62,277 nucleotides of DNA, taken from NCBI GenBank assembly GCA_029938555.1, contig JAOZUR010000010.1, forward strand, positions 1 to 62,277, in the 5' to 3' direction. The position numbers were made by a program, and so were the translations under genes. Origin of the DNA: Candidatus Sabulitectum sp. (GTDB lineage Bacteria; Fermentibacterota; Fermentibacteria; Fermentibacterales; JCC-6). Positions 19,227-29,504 of this stretch are shown here, in pieces (positions within the stretch are counted from its first letter, which is position 1; the number at the start of each line of letters is the position of its first letter). The notes below the pieces were generated by a model that made no database searches, was not told the DNA's origin, and saw only the letters and a program-made list of their open reading frames with translations.

Positions 19227-20424
19227 AAAAATTCACACACCTTAAATAATCTGCTATGGAAATACTTTCATCTACTGAATGCAAGGCACCTATACCTCTA
19301 TGATCCAAATGAACAGGCATAAAGCGATATACATTTTCTGCTACTTTACAGTACCTGCGTGAATCGGTCGCTGCAGGAAAAATCCCGCACCGAAACCCTG
19401 TACCACACGGAATGACTTCCTGAATAGATTGCTTCATAACAAGAAAATCTCTTGTACTCACATTAGAAACAATTGAAGCTTCTGATACACTGGCATTATC
19501 TAAAAGAGTAACCGAAATATCTAGGTGTTTTACAAGTTTCTGTATAAATGATTGCACCTGGGCCACTGAAATGCCTGGAGAAGGTCTGGTATTAACAACA
19601 ACTTTAGCCTCCGCTGGCAGAACGTTTTCCTTGCACCCTGCGGACAGTATTGTCGGTGCTATTGTGGTTTCAAGCCACCTTGACGATTTTATCTCAAGAG
19701 GTACTTCTGGTAAAGGCATAGGAGTGTTCTCAAGCAGAACTATAGCTGAAGCAAGAGAACCGATAGCTGTTTTATCTGGCGGAACAGAAGAGTGTCCCTG
19801 GGTTGCAAATGAAGTTAATTGGAATGATGCATAACCTTTTTCAGCAATGGCAAGTTCAGCTGTTGTTGAACCATCTGACTCAGAGTATATGTACCCACCT
19901 TCATCCAGAACACTGCTACACTGAATACCTCTCTGTAAAAAATTATCTGCTATTGCTTTTGCTCCGGCAAGCCCCCCGATTTCCTCATCATGCCCAAATG
20001 CCAAATACACTGTACGCTTCGGTTTATAACCTTGGGAAATCAAGAGTGAAACAGCCTCAAGCATTCCAGCATAACCACACTTGTAATCAATAGAACCTCT
20101 ACCACAGATTCTTCCTTCTGAAACCTTTCCACCAAAAGGATCAAAAGACCAGTCTTCTAACTGACCCACAGGAACCACATCCTGATGAGCGGCGAGCATC
20201 ACAGGAGTTTGTGATAAATCACCCTGCCACTTAAGAAGAATTGAAGCACCACCAAAAATTTCTAACTCCAGATTAGAAAATACATTACTCCAAGCTGTTT
20301 GCGAATACGATCTCATGTTGTGAAAAGGTTCTAATGAAAAGCCATCAGGAGCCGATATAGTTGGAAATTTGAGTATTTCAGCGAATCGGTGAATAACATC
20401 ACCGGTGGCTTCCCTGGAAAGCAT
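19195..20424 (-). CDS. M20 family metallopeptidase/amidohydrolase
   Basis: AHQDVVP, GRGSIDYK, GHDEEIGG, DEGG, AEKG, GHSSVP, TDSR, LHSVDE. Start is uncertain; the frame is open to 20490. Confidence 0.88.
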   Translation of the reverse strand: MLSREATGDVIHRFAEILKFPTISAPDGFSLEPFHNMRSYSQTAWSNVFSNLELEIFGGASILLKWQGDLSQTPVMLAAHQDVVPVGQLEDWSFDPFGGKVSEGRICGRGSIDYKCGYAGMLEAVSLLISQGYKPKRTVYLAFGHDEEIGGLAGAKAIADNFLQRGIQCSSVLDEGGYIYSESDGSTTAELAIAEKGYASFQLTSFATQGHSSVPPDKTAIGSLASAIVLLENTPMPLPEVPLEIKSSRWLETTIAPTILSAGCKENVLPAEAKVVVNTRPSPGISVAQVQSFIQKLVKHLDISVTLLDNASVSEASIVSNVSTRDFLVMKQSIQEVIPCGTGFRCGIFPAATDSRRYCKVAENVYRFMPVHLDHRGIGALHSVDESISIADYLRCVNFYARYISRVAR

Positions 20425-20449
20425 AAAACTTTCCAGGGAAGAATTTAGA

Positions 20450-21376
20450 TTAGTTTGTAACATTAACCCATCTGATGTTAAAACCTTCATATCCTAATGA
20501 ATCTGTATAAACTGCAACGCTGTCTATGATATCCATTGCTTCGCCAAAAGTAGACTCTGATGGAAAAATCATGGTAATATGAACAGGGCGATCCTCAGTA
20601 TTCTTTCGCTCTATAGATCTAACAGCTTGATTAAATCCACGAGTAAATACTGACTGATTGAATCCATAACCACTGATAGGTTCAGCAACATCTGTATCAA
20701 ACTCTTCAATCATGCACCTGATCCAGCCGTCTGTGAACAATATTTTAAGCTCCACAGGCTGAGTTCCAGTAGTATCTCTTAAAACTGGAAGAATTGGTGC
20801 AGAAAAATAACTTGTTTCCGTGGAATCTTTCCATGCATAAACAGAATCCGGTAATAATGATCTAAAATCATTACCATTTATTTTCTGTAACATATAATTC
20901 ACCACTGGCTGAATAGACATGGAACCACTACCTAGGAATGATACTTTTGTACCCTCTGGAATTAAGGCAAGATTCACATTTGTTCTAGGAGATGCCGAAG
21001 TTCCCTCGGCATTAAAAACGTAAACAATGTCTGTACCAAGCATCAAAGGCAAAGAGTCAATTGGGATTTCTTCTTCAACTATTTCGTGTGCTATATCTAT
21101 TTCAGATTCAACCTCAGCACGTTCGAAACTGGTGAAAATAAAAAGAGCGCCAGCAGCTCCCACCAAAAACACAATCAATCCAATCAGGCCTGATTTTGTT
21201 TTTTGCGCAGGAACAAGATTAGGAGCCTTAGGGTTTTCATCAGGATCTACAAGTGCTTTTTGCATTGCAGCACGCTGATCCTTCATGGAATCTGTCTGAG
21301 GCTCAAGTCTGAACCCACAATTGTCGCACTTACCGGAATTTCGATGATTATCATAACCACAATCTCTACAACGCAT
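20450..21376 (-). CDS. Zinc-ribbon, single-TM membrane protein with a possible ExbD/TolR-like periplasmic part
   Basis: MRCRDC-x10-CDNC at the N-terminus, one TM helix, acidic periplasmic domain. Confidence 0.7.
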   Translation of the reverse strand: MRCRDCGYDNHRNSGKCDNCGFRLEPQTDSMKDQRAAMQKALVDPDENPKAPNLVPAQKTKSGLIGLIVFLVGAAGALFIFTSFERAEVESEIDIAHEIVEEEIPIDSLPLMLGTDIVYVFNAEGTSASPRTNVNLALIPEGTKVSFLGSGSMSIQPVVNYMLQKINGNDFRSLLPDSVYAWKDSTETSYFSAPILPVLRDTTGTQPVELKILFTDGWIRCMIEEFDTDVAEPISGYGFNQSVFTRGFNQAVRSIERKNTEDRPVHITMIFPSESTFGEAMDIIDSVAVYTDSLGYEGFNIRWVNVTN

Positions 21377-23064
21377 TAAATAACCTCCAATGAACTCTCT
21401 GTTGTTAAAACAGAGTCTACTTCCATAGGGATGTAAAAGCCCTCAAAATACCCTTCATCTATGTATAAATGATACTCATTAGACAGGCTATCAACAAGTG
21501 CTTCAATGGTGGTAGTCTCCATACGCTGACTGGCTTCAGAAACAACTCTTTCTCTTATCTCGTGAAGTTCTGGAATTCGTTCTTCAATAACCTTATCTAG
21601 TTTGAGCCAGAGGGCTGTAGAGTCTGATAATTGAATTATTGCTGCATCTGCAACTATTAAACTGAACAGAGATTCGCGGTCGTTTTCAGGAATCATGTGT
21701 CTTGAAAGTGGAACAGTAATTGTTTCCTCACCTTCTGCAAGAATGGGAGGGAAAAATTCAAAAGTATCCACAGACTCAAGCAAATCCTGTCCAGAAGACA
21801 TCATGGACTCAGCAGTGGCGATTTTTTCATTACTGGCAAGAAAAAGAACATGAAAAACGCGAGATTCTGTAATTGGCAATTCATCTCTTAACTCCAGATA
21901 AACTTCGTTCATCAGCACAGAATCAACCTGAATAGAAGGGGCAAGAACCACTTCATAATACTTATCTAGAACCGCTTCCCAGTGTTTTGCTTCAATGGTA
22001 CGAGCGATTTCAGGAATAGTATCAAGACCGTAAGAAATAGCCTCTTCCATCTGTATATCAAACATGGCTAATCTTGTTGCATAACTACTGAGCCATTTGC
22101 TTTTATTAGTGTATCTAGGCATGTAACCAGGCAATCCAAGAATGTTTTCAGTTACAGAAAAGAGATCCCTAGATCCACCGTCCCAAGAAACAGCCACAAG
22201 ATCAAGTTCGTCAGGTGAAAAAATGCCAAACATCTGCCCGCGCGCATCTGCTTTTGAAGCCATTAATTCAATTGCTTCAGTATTTATTTGAACATTATAA
22301 ACTACCTTTAAGCTGTCTTCAAGGAATTTTTTTCTCGACTCTCTTGCTCTGGAGAGTAACATTCCAGCAATTCGTGAAGAATCAACATCAAACGAAAATG
22401 GTTCATAAGTCCATATAGAATCAATTTGAAGCATCCGCCAGCCGAGAGTTACTGGGAAAGGATCTATAACATCCCCAACTTCCGCGGATAGAAGATATTC
22501 AAAATCCATTACATTAGAAAAATTCCGATCATCCAGAGTGATTATACCCTCTGTCTGTCTGATTATTTCATCCATTGCTAAATCTACAGCCAGTCTCGAA
22601 AGATTTTCACCATTTTTTACCATGTTTAAAACACTATCCATTACAAGACTGTCTTCATGATAAAAACAAGTGTAGGATATTCCAGTGCCCATGGTTTCCC
22701 AGAAATCTCTAATTGTTTGATCTTCCAATTCAACCTGATCAAGTACATAGGAAAGCCACTGAGCCTGAAGTATCTCACGACTTCTTTCATGAGTAAGTCG
22801 CAAAACTTCCCTGTCATTATCAAGGCCAATTGCTAATGCATGTGTTATAAAAAGTTCACGGGCAACTATGTTTTCTTTAAAAACATCAACTGAAACAGTA
22901 TCACCACGGAATCTCTCAAAAGAATCTTCTATATTCGCAGGGTAAATTGACCGGTCTCCAACTACAATAACAGCCCCGTCAGTTGGGGGCTCAAAACCCT
23001 GCTCACATGCCAAAAGTAGGACCATAAATGCGATCCCCAAGAAAAATACAATTGCCTTCTTCAA
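21376..23064 (-). CDS. SurA/PrsA/PpiD-like foldase lipoprotein with degenerate parvulin domains
   Basis: Lipobox LLAC; parvulin-like GDVIDPFPVTLGWRMLQI and RVFHVLF; TTG start after GGAG. Confidence 0.65.
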   Translation of the reverse strand: MKKAIVFFLGIAFMVLLLACEQGFEPPTDGAVIVVGDRSIYPANIEDSFERFRGDTVSVDVFKENIVARELFITHALAIGLDNDREVLRLTHERSREILQAQWLSYVLDQVELEDQTIRDFWETMGTGISYTCFYHEDSLVMDSVLNMVKNGENLSRLAVDLAMDEIIRQTEGIITLDDRNFSNVMDFEYLLSAEVGDVIDPFPVTLGWRMLQIDSIWTYEPFSFDVDSSRIAGMLLSRARESRKKFLEDSLKVVYNVQINTEAIELMASKADARGQMFGIFSPDELDLVAVSWDGGSRDLFSVTENILGLPGYMPRYTNKSKWLSSYATRLAMFDIQMEEAISYGLDTIPEIARTIEAKHWEAVLDKYYEVVLAPSIQVDSVLMNEVYLELRDELPITESRVFHVLFLASNEKIATAESMMSSGQDLLESVDTFEFFPPILAEGEETITVPLSRHMIPENDRESLFSLIVADAAIIQLSDSTALWLKLDKVIEERIPELHEIRERVVSEASQRMETTTIEALVDSLSNEYHLYIDEGYFEGFYIPMEVDSVLTTESSLEVI

Positions 23065-23160
23065 AATTTCTCCGTTTCTTACTAATAATTTGTAGTTTTA
23101 CAAACGCACCAGATAGTATTATTGTTGCTCTTTATACTTGAATTGTCAACAGGAGGCAAA

Positions 23161-24510
23161 ATGTCAGTTTTCTTCAATTTACTGATTACCGGTTTTTTAA
23201 TCATGCAACCGTCTCCAACCATTCCATCATCCTGGAATGCTGGCATCTTAGTTGTTGATTTGGCTTCAGAAAATACTCTAGTTTCAATAAATTCAGAGAT
23301 AGCATTTAGACCTGCTAGTACTGTAAAGGCTGTTACTACCCTTTCTGCCCTTAGCTCGCTGGGATCAGCCCATGTTTACCATACCTCAATAAAAGTTGAT
23401 ACTACTACGAACTCAATCTTTCTGGTTGGTTCAGGAGCGCCTTTACTTTCAATAGAAGATGTGACCAGAGCAGCAATGGAAACAGTAGCTCTGCTTCCAA
23501 CAAGAAATAACTGGAATCTTTACCTTGATCCTTCCGCGATTGCAGGGGAAACCCATCTTCCCGGGTGGAGTTCTTCCGACTGGAACAGAACATATTGCCC
23601 TCCTGTAGAGCCTTTGTGTATAGGTGACAATATACTAGAAATAGTTGTGGCTTCTATAAACGGAAATATCAGATTGTTTACATACCCCCCGCTGCCTGGA
23701 TTAAATCTATTTAGAAATAATCTCTCCACTGGACAAACTACAGCAATCACGGCAATCGGTGGGAATTGGGAGACAGGTTTGCCTGAAATGATCATATCAG
23801 GCACCATTAGAAACAATTCAAGAGAAATTCTTTACAAACCTTTCGCAGGCGCTCCAGGAGAGCTAGTTATGGTTTTGCAGGATGAACTTATTGATTGGGG
23901 AATAACTGTTAGTTATAACGGCATAAGAGATGCTAGTACCAGTGACAATCTACTTACCACTGCTATTATGTACTCAGATCCACTCTGGATGATACTTGGT
24001 TCAATGAATAAATGGAGTAGGAACATAGTTGCAGAGCAAATACTCAGGACTATTGCAAATGAAGTTACAGGGCAGCCAGGCTCAACAAGAGCAGGTTGTG
24101 ACATTTCAGGTGCACTTCTAACAGATTTATCTCCAAACTCTGAATCCAGCAATTGGCAACTTGCTGACGGATCAGGATTATCTAGATTAAATCTACTTAC
24201 CCCTGCACAACTTGTGGCAGTTTTTGTTGCAGGAGCAGAATCACTTGAATTCGGACCGGAATTTCTTGCCTCTTTTCCTGTGAATGGCGTAGATGGAACT
24301 CTTTCGCGCAGAATGAGTGATCTTCCTGCAGGTAGCTTCAGGGGAAAAACTGGCTCACTTAATGATACCTGTACTATTGCAGGCATTCTTACAAGTCAAA
24401 GTGGCAGAAAACTGGCTCTGGCAATATTTCTGGAGTTCCCTCAAGGGCAGATATGGAGAGCCAGAGCCTGGCAAGATAATTATATAGAATCTCTGTATTG
24501 GGCTTTATAA
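23161..24510 (+). CDS. dacB: D-alanyl-D-alanine carboxypeptidase/endopeptidase (PBP4, peptidase S13)
   Basis: PASTVK (SxxK), SRN (SxN), DGSGLSRLN, GVDGTL, KTGSL; ATG after AGGAGG. Confidence 0.93.
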   Translation: MSVFFNLLITGFLIMQPSPTIPSSWNAGILVVDLASENTLVSINSEIAFRPASTVKAVTTLSALSSLGSAHVYHTSIKVDTTTNSIFLVGSGAPLLSIEDVTRAAMETVALLPTRNNWNLYLDPSAIAGETHLPGWSSSDWNRTYCPPVEPLCIGDNILEIVVASINGNIRLFTYPPLPGLNLFRNNLSTGQTTAITAIGGNWETGLPEMIISGTIRNNSREILYKPFAGAPGELVMVLQDELIDWGITVSYNGIRDASTSDNLLTTAIMYSDPLWMILGSMNKWSRNIVAEQILRTIANEVTGQPGSTRAGCDISGALLTDLSPNSESSNWQLADGSGLSRLNLLTPAQLVAVFVAGAESLEFGPEFLASFPVNGVDGTLSRRMSDLPAGSFRGKTGSLNDTCTIAGILTSQSGRKLALAIFLEFPQGQIWRARAWQDNYIESLYWAL

Positions 24511-24515
24511 GATTT

Positions 24516-25076
24516 TTACTTAACTCGCTCCATGTACTGACCAGTTCTAGTATCAACCCTAATTTTTTCGCCTTCCTTAACAAACAATGGAACCTGAACA
24601 ATTACACCTGTTTCAAGTGTGGCAGGTTTTGTACCGCCTGTTGCAGTATCACCCTTTAAACCTGGATCTGATTTTGTAATAGTAAGTTCTACAAAATTTG
24701 GTGCTTCTACCATAATGGGTCTTTCATCTACAGAAAGAACATCTATCTGAGAATTATCTGTCAAAAAATTAGCTGCATCCCCAATAAGATCAACTGAAAG
24801 ATCAATCTGCTCATAAGTATTTGGATCCATCACAGTATATAAGCTATCGGTATGATACAAAAGCTGATATGGCCTTCTTTCTAATCTAATTTCTGTAACT
24901 CGTTCACCTGCTCGCCATGTTTTTTCAATCACTTTACCGGAAAGAACATCTTTTAACTTCGACCGTACAAAAGCTGCACCCTTACCGGGGTTTACATGTT
25001 GAAATTCACTAATTTGATAGTATTTACCATTAATATCTAAAACCATGCCTCGTCTAAATTCATTAGATGTAGCCAT
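24516..25076 (-). CDS. efp: Elongation factor P
   Basis: HVNPGKGAAFVR, PGLKGDT, KPATLETG, VPLFV, VDTRTGQY. Confidence 0.97.
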   Translation of the reverse strand: MATSNEFRRGMVLDINGKYYQISEFQHVNPGKGAAFVRSKLKDVLSGKVIEKTWRAGERVTEIRLERRPYQLLYHTDSLYTVMDPNTYEQIDLSVDLIGDAANFLTDNSQIDVLSVDERPIMVEAPNFVELTITKSDPGLKGDTATGGTKPATLETGVIVQVPLFVKEGEKIRVDTRTGQYMERVK

Positions 25077-25083
25077 TAGTTGC

Positions 25084-25521
25084 TTACCTCCGCAGCAGTT
25101 CGGTAACTGTGTTTATCGCCATCAAATAACCATGAATGCCTGCACCGGAAATAACAACATCGGCCCCTTGAGCAGTTAGCATTCTGTGTCTGTATGGCTC
25201 TCGCTTATGAATCTGAGAAATATGTACTTCTATTACCGGACCGTCAAAAGCTCGCATAGCATCCAGAACAGCAACAGAAGTGTGAGAAAAACCCCCAGGG
25301 TTAATAATCAATCCAACTGAATCTTTTGAAACTTCCTGAATAGCAGAAATTAATAAACCTTCCTGATCAAATTGATTGAATCGAACAGAATATCCAGAAT
25401 CAATTCCAGTTTTTAACAGATCAACCTCAAGCTGATCAGCGGATATGGAACCATATACCATAGGTTCGCGCAATCCGAGAGAAGCCAAATTGGGTCCATT
25501 AAAAATAGCTAACTTTTTCAT
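25084..25521 (-). CDS. aroQ: Type II 3-dehydroquinate dehydratase
   Basis: NGPNL..LGLREP..YG, INPGGFSHTS, IEVHIS..HKREPYRH; ATG overlaps the upstream TGA. Confidence 0.93.
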   Translation of the reverse strand: MKKLAIFNGPNLASLGLREPMVYGSISADQLEVDLLKTGIDSGYSVRFNQFDQEGLLISAIQEVSKDSVGLIINPGGFSHTSVAVLDAMRAFDGPVIEVHISQIHKREPYRHRMLTAQGADVVISGAGIHGYLMAINTVTELLRR

Positions 25522-26180
25522 TTGTCGAATGGCGACAACCCCAACTCCTGGCACTCTTCTGAAGAAAAAAGATTAAACAAACTTCTAGGGGCTCTACTGG
25601 AATTGTCTGTTGATGCATTTGTCTCTGCTGGTATCTGTTTCTCATTCTTTAAAGGAGTTGCTTTATCAGCAGATTCTGTTTTCTTTTGTGCAGCCAGTAT
25701 GGAAGCCATTCTATCGTTGGTAGGATAAGTGACATTCTGCCCTGTTACCCTAGCTTCTCTTTCCGCTTCTTTTTTTCTTTCTTTAGCTTTTTTCAGTATT
25801 GATTCAATTTCTGGATCCCCAGGGTATTCAAAAAGATATTCTTCAAAAAGCTCAATAGAACGATTCCACTTTTCTTTTTCGTAATATATTTCAGCAAGAC
25901 TACGAATTGCAATCAAGTTTAATGGATCAATTGATATGACTTTTTGGAAAACTTCAAGAGCTTCATCTTTCAATTTTTCATTAAGAGCACATCTACCAAA
26001 AACAACATTAACTGAAATATTATCGGGCCAGCTTTTTAATCCTTTTCTGGCCACTTCCAGTGCTTCAGTATTTCTTCCAGAATGACGAAGTTTACCGGCC
26101 AGCCTTACACACAAAGCTGGGGATGGTGCAGAAAGCCATTTCTGGTACAGATCCTGTATATCACTTTCAATGTGGGGCAT
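25518..26180 (-). CDS. Tetratricopeptide repeat protein
   Basis: TPR-like helices (EALEVFQKVISIDPLNLIAIRSLAEIY) and a low-complexity C-terminus. Confidence 0.8.
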   Translation of the reverse strand: MPHIESDIQDLYQKWLSAPSPALCVRLAGKLRHSGRNTEALEVARKGLKSWPDNISVNVVFGRCALNEKLKDEALEVFQKVISIDPLNLIAIRSLAEIYYEKEKWNRSIELFEEYLFEYPGDPEIESILKKAKERKKEAEREARVTGQNVTYPTNDRMASILAAQKKTESADKATPLKNEKQIPAETNASTDNSSRAPRSLFNLFSSEECQELGLSPFDK

Positions 26181-26183
26181 TTT

Positions 26184-27146
26184 TTACTCCTTAGCGAAAG
26201 TATCCATGATAATCCACCCCTCACGCAAGTAAGGTTCCTTCCTAAAACCAGGATTATAAATCTCCATATCGAGAATATACCATTCATCACCTGCATTAAG
26301 AACCCTAGTGGTAAAAGCACCTGCATTCAAGTAGTCTGGATTTCGCCAAACTCCTGTGAGTTCCCATCCTGATAAACCGTTAATATTGATCTCTTCAGTG
26401 AACAGCTTAGCTCTATCTACCGAGTCGGCGGAAGCATCAAAAAAGAACAATCGAGCCATGGCTTCCCTGGCTAAAACAGCATTAGAATCAGACAATTCCG
26501 CTTCAGTACTAAACATACGAATACTGAGAAGAATAAGAGATTCCTCATCTGGCTGTCTCTGGTATTGAATAAATCCATCATCAGGAGACCAGATTCTAAC
26601 AGAGTATGATTTGGGGACATTCAGCTGAAAACCCAACACGGAAAGACTGTCAATTCTTTCTTGGGATGTCATGCTGGTACTTACAAAACTCTCATAAATA
26701 TAATCATGCATCTGATTGTCATATGCATTTTCTAGCAACTCAGGCAGACCAATTGGGATTTCTGGGTTTACTGGATCAACTACAACTGCAAATACAAATT
26801 GATCCAATGCCCATATATCAGAACCAAAATAAATTCCATTTTCGTTCTCATTCAGCCCTGATGGAATCAAACTAATTTCATCAGGGGTCAAGAGCAGCAA
26901 AATAACTCTTCTTGACTTAAGTGTTCCCTGAAACTCTGAAGTTTCAGCAAAGGAAAAACTAAAGACCTCTTCTGGGTCAACAGTTTCTACTACTAAATGC
27001 AATTTCTGGAGCCCATTATTGTCTATGAAGTCGTCTAGCGTAGAACTATAAACAATCAGTATTCCATTTATCGGTCCGATTGACTCTTGCTTACAAGAAA
27101 CAGCAAAAATTAACAGGAAAAAAACAAGAAAACTATTTTTACCCAT
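26184..27146 (-). CDS. DUF4837-like lipoprotein
   Basis: Lipobox AVSC; C-terminal LTGVW...AGAF...EIYNPG.RKEPYLRE resembles DUF4837. Confidence 0.6.
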   Translation of the reverse strand: MGKNSFLVFFLLIFAVSCKQESIGPINGILIVYSSTLDDFIDNNGLQKLHLVVETVDPEEVFSFSFAETSEFQGTLKSRRVILLLLTPDEISLIPSGLNENENGIYFGSDIWALDQFVFAVVVDPVNPEIPIGLPELLENAYDNQMHDYIYESFVSTSMTSQERIDSLSVLGFQLNVPKSYSVRIWSPDDGFIQYQRQPDEESLILLSIRMFSTEAELSDSNAVLAREAMARLFFFDASADSVDRAKLFTEEININGLSGWELTGVWRNPDYLNAGAFTTRVLNAGDEWYILDMEIYNPGFRKEPYLREGWIIMDTFAKE

Positions 27147-27504
27147 GGTTTCTATTTCTTATCTTTTCAAAAAATGGTCTCACTGTTTTGAAAACAGTAA
27201 ACGCCAATGGCAGATAATTTACAGCTCCACTAACGGTAGAAGCTGTTGTACCTGAATTAATTCTTCTTGTTAAAGCCTTGATCTCTGAAGCTGTTTGCCC
27301 CATTTCCTGACCACTTTTTTCAACTTCCTGAAGTGTTTCTGATAAAATTGGAGTGAGCTGAGCCATATTGTCTCTCATATCAGCCAGCGTTTGATCCATG
27401 TTCTCTAGAACTTTTTTGGCTTTTCCAAACAGAGCAAACATCATTCCAACAACAACCCAAAAACTACATATTCCAACAAGCAACACAATTGCGGTAGCGT
27501 CCAT
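27139..27504 (-). CDS. DUF948/YoxC-like small membrane-anchored coiled-coil protein
   Basis: N-terminal TM then heptad-like helix; ATG after GAGGGGGG. Confidence 0.6.
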   Translation of the reverse strand: MDATAIVLLVGICSFWVVVGMMFALFGKAKKVLENMDQTLADMRDNMAQLTPILSETLQEVEKSGQEMGQTASEIKALTRRINSGTTASTVSGAVNYLPLAFTVFKTVRPFFEKIRNRNHG

Positions 27505-27530
27505 AATCCCCCCTCTGAGAATAAACAAAT

Positions 27531-29504
27531 TTATCTTCTTAGTATAACGATTTCTACTCTTCGATTAAGAGACCTTCCTGCTTCATCGTCATTTGCAGCA
27601 GCAGGTCTTCTTTCGCCAAACCAGATAGGTTCAATCTCTATGTTGTAATCACTAAGTTCGGCTTCAAGATATTCTGCCACATTCAAGGCTCGTTCAGTGG
27701 AGAGCCCATCGTTAAATCCAAAAGCTCCATCACTATCAGCGTGACCTTCAACTGAAACAAATACACCTGGATTATTCTTAAGTGTTTGAACTACCCTGTC
27801 CAGATCCGGATACTGATCACTGCGTATGGCGCCAATACCGTTATCGAAATAGATTGTGGACATAGATAATCCATCGCGTTCCTGCGCAACAATCATGAAC
27901 TGAAAAAGATTAATCGGATCTGTTTCATAATACAGATAACTCAAATCTTCATTACTCTGTCGGCAATTCACGTCCAGTGGAATACCACCTCTAACCCTGG
28001 TTAGTCCAAGTGTGGAAGGATCAATACGATTGCGATCCATCCAGACTTTGCTTACCCTGAAACTCAAACTTGCCTCAATTATATCAACACTGTCTACAGC
28101 ACCATAGATTATTTCAGGATCTACCATAACAAGCTCTGCATGTCGTGCCGATATAAGGAAATCACCTATTTGATCAAGTGAAGCTTCAAAGTAGTAGTAA
28201 CCTTCATCTTCTTCAACAATTGCAGCAGGCATTCTAACTAAAGAATTATCTTCTTCAACTCTGTAAAGTCGTAGTAGTCTTAACTCAAGATTATTCTGCT
28301 CAAGCCAGTATCGTGGAATCCTGAAGCCCACAGAAAGGTCTCTAATGTCTTCCTCTGTGAATGTCGCTCTTGAAGGGAAGTAAGCAAATAAAACCTGTTT
28401 ATCATCAAGTTTAAGAGTGCTGTTCAGAGGTATCTGATCGAACTGAGCCACCACTAAAGAATCGTCCTGAACATCTCTGTTGGCCCAAAGACTAATCTCA
28501 TACAGGTCTGTTCCAGTTTCCCATATTCTTCTATCAACCAAAGGTGGAAGAGGAACCCTTGGTTCATTCTCTATCCATTCTGTACCGCCAAATCGGAAGG
28601 TCAATCCACCTCTGTGTCGACCCCAAGTAGACTGAAGATCATTCATAGGCAGAGAAAGTGCATAATCGAACGAAACAGGCAATGATCCTTCGTATCTTGC
28701 GGAGAACCCAGCAGAAAGTTCCGAAGATTTGCCAAGAGTTCTAGCACGATATCCAGCCCTAAAGCCCCATGTGGAAGTTAATCCAAACCATTTTTCTAAA
28801 CCAAGGGCAATATCAATATCTTTTTCACCATCAACATCATCTAAAGACCAGTCAATCTGGACAACAGGTGTGATAAACTTAGGATAAAATGCTGCCCCAA
28901 GTGATATCTCCAATGGAAGAACATCTTCTTCGCCAATACCCATATCTGGAGCAATTAGATTTCTGGCTACGCCTGCAAGGGTAACCCTTCTTCCAAGCTC
29001 AGCCTGAAACCCAAAATCAGCTGATATTGCTTTTGCCCTAAACCCATTTGTTGTAAAAAGAGGATCATACGAAGTAAATTCGTTATCTATGTAATCTCTG
29101 AACATATACCTACCGGAAAAACCAAATGACACAGGAAAAATTCCTGGACGAAAAGCAATTGCTAGCAACCCTTCTCCTTGGGTACACTGATCTGAAGCAT
29201 TGAGTATATCAATACCAAGACTGAAAGCTGAATATTTTGTTATTGGTTGAACATAACCAAGAGCACCATAATTAATAGAATTCAAGTCCATGTTCGGATA
29301 AAAACTAGTGTACTCAGTTCCAACCATTATTCTGCCGGATCTCAACAAACCTGCTGGATTCCACCAAGCAGCCCAAGCATCATCTGATAAAGCTACAAAT
29401 GCACCAGCCATTCCCATGGCACGAGAGCCAGGATTAAGAACATCAGCCTGAATAATAGAAGCAAACAAAAGAAGAACTGTTAAAATAATTATCTTGCTAC
29501 GCAT
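27531..29504 (-). CDS. PorV/FadL-like outer-membrane barrel fused to two PGF-pre-PGF-like repeats and an OmpA C-terminal domain
   Basis: GSRAMGMAGAFVALSDD...WWNPAGL; two repeats F.[IV]...W...N; OmpA motifs EGHADSDG, LSTERA, GERRP, NRRVEI. Confidence 0.8.
   Translation of the reverse strand: MRSKIIILTVLLLFASIIQADVLNPGSRAMGMAGAFVALSDDAWAAWWNPAGLLRSGRIMVGTEYTSFYPNMDLNSINYGALGYVQPITKYSAFSLGIDILNASDQCTQGEGLLAIAFRPGIFPVSFGFSGRYMFRDYIDNEFTSYDPLFTTNGFRAKAISADFGFQAELGRRVTLAGVARNLIAPDMGIGEEDVLPLEISLGAAFYPKFITPVVQIDWSLDDVDGEKDIDIALGLEKWFGLTSTWGFRAGYRARTLGKSSELSAGFSARYEGSLPVSFDYALSLPMNDLQSTWGRHRGGLTFRFGGTEWIENEPRVPLPPLVDRRIWETGTDLYEISLWANRDVQDDSLVVAQFDQIPLNSTLKLDDKQVLFAYFPSRATFTEEDIRDLSVGFRIPRYWLEQNNLELRLLRLYRVEEDNSLVRMPAAIVEEDEGYYYFEASLDQIGDFLISARHAELVMVDPEIIYGAVDSVDIIEASLSFRVSKVWMDRNRIDPSTLGLTRVRGGIPLDVNCRQSNEDLSYLYYETDPINLFQFMIVAQERDGLSMSTIYFDNGIGAIRSDQYPDLDRVVQTLKNNPGVFVSVEGHADSDGAFGFNDGLSTERALNVAEYLEAELSDYNIEIEPIWFGERRPAAANDDEAGRSLNRRVEIVILRR

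Noticed and set aside
24960-25005. EF-P loop VNPGKG instead of VKPGKG
   Set aside because: The modifiable Lys in PGKG is retained; this looks like ordinary variation.
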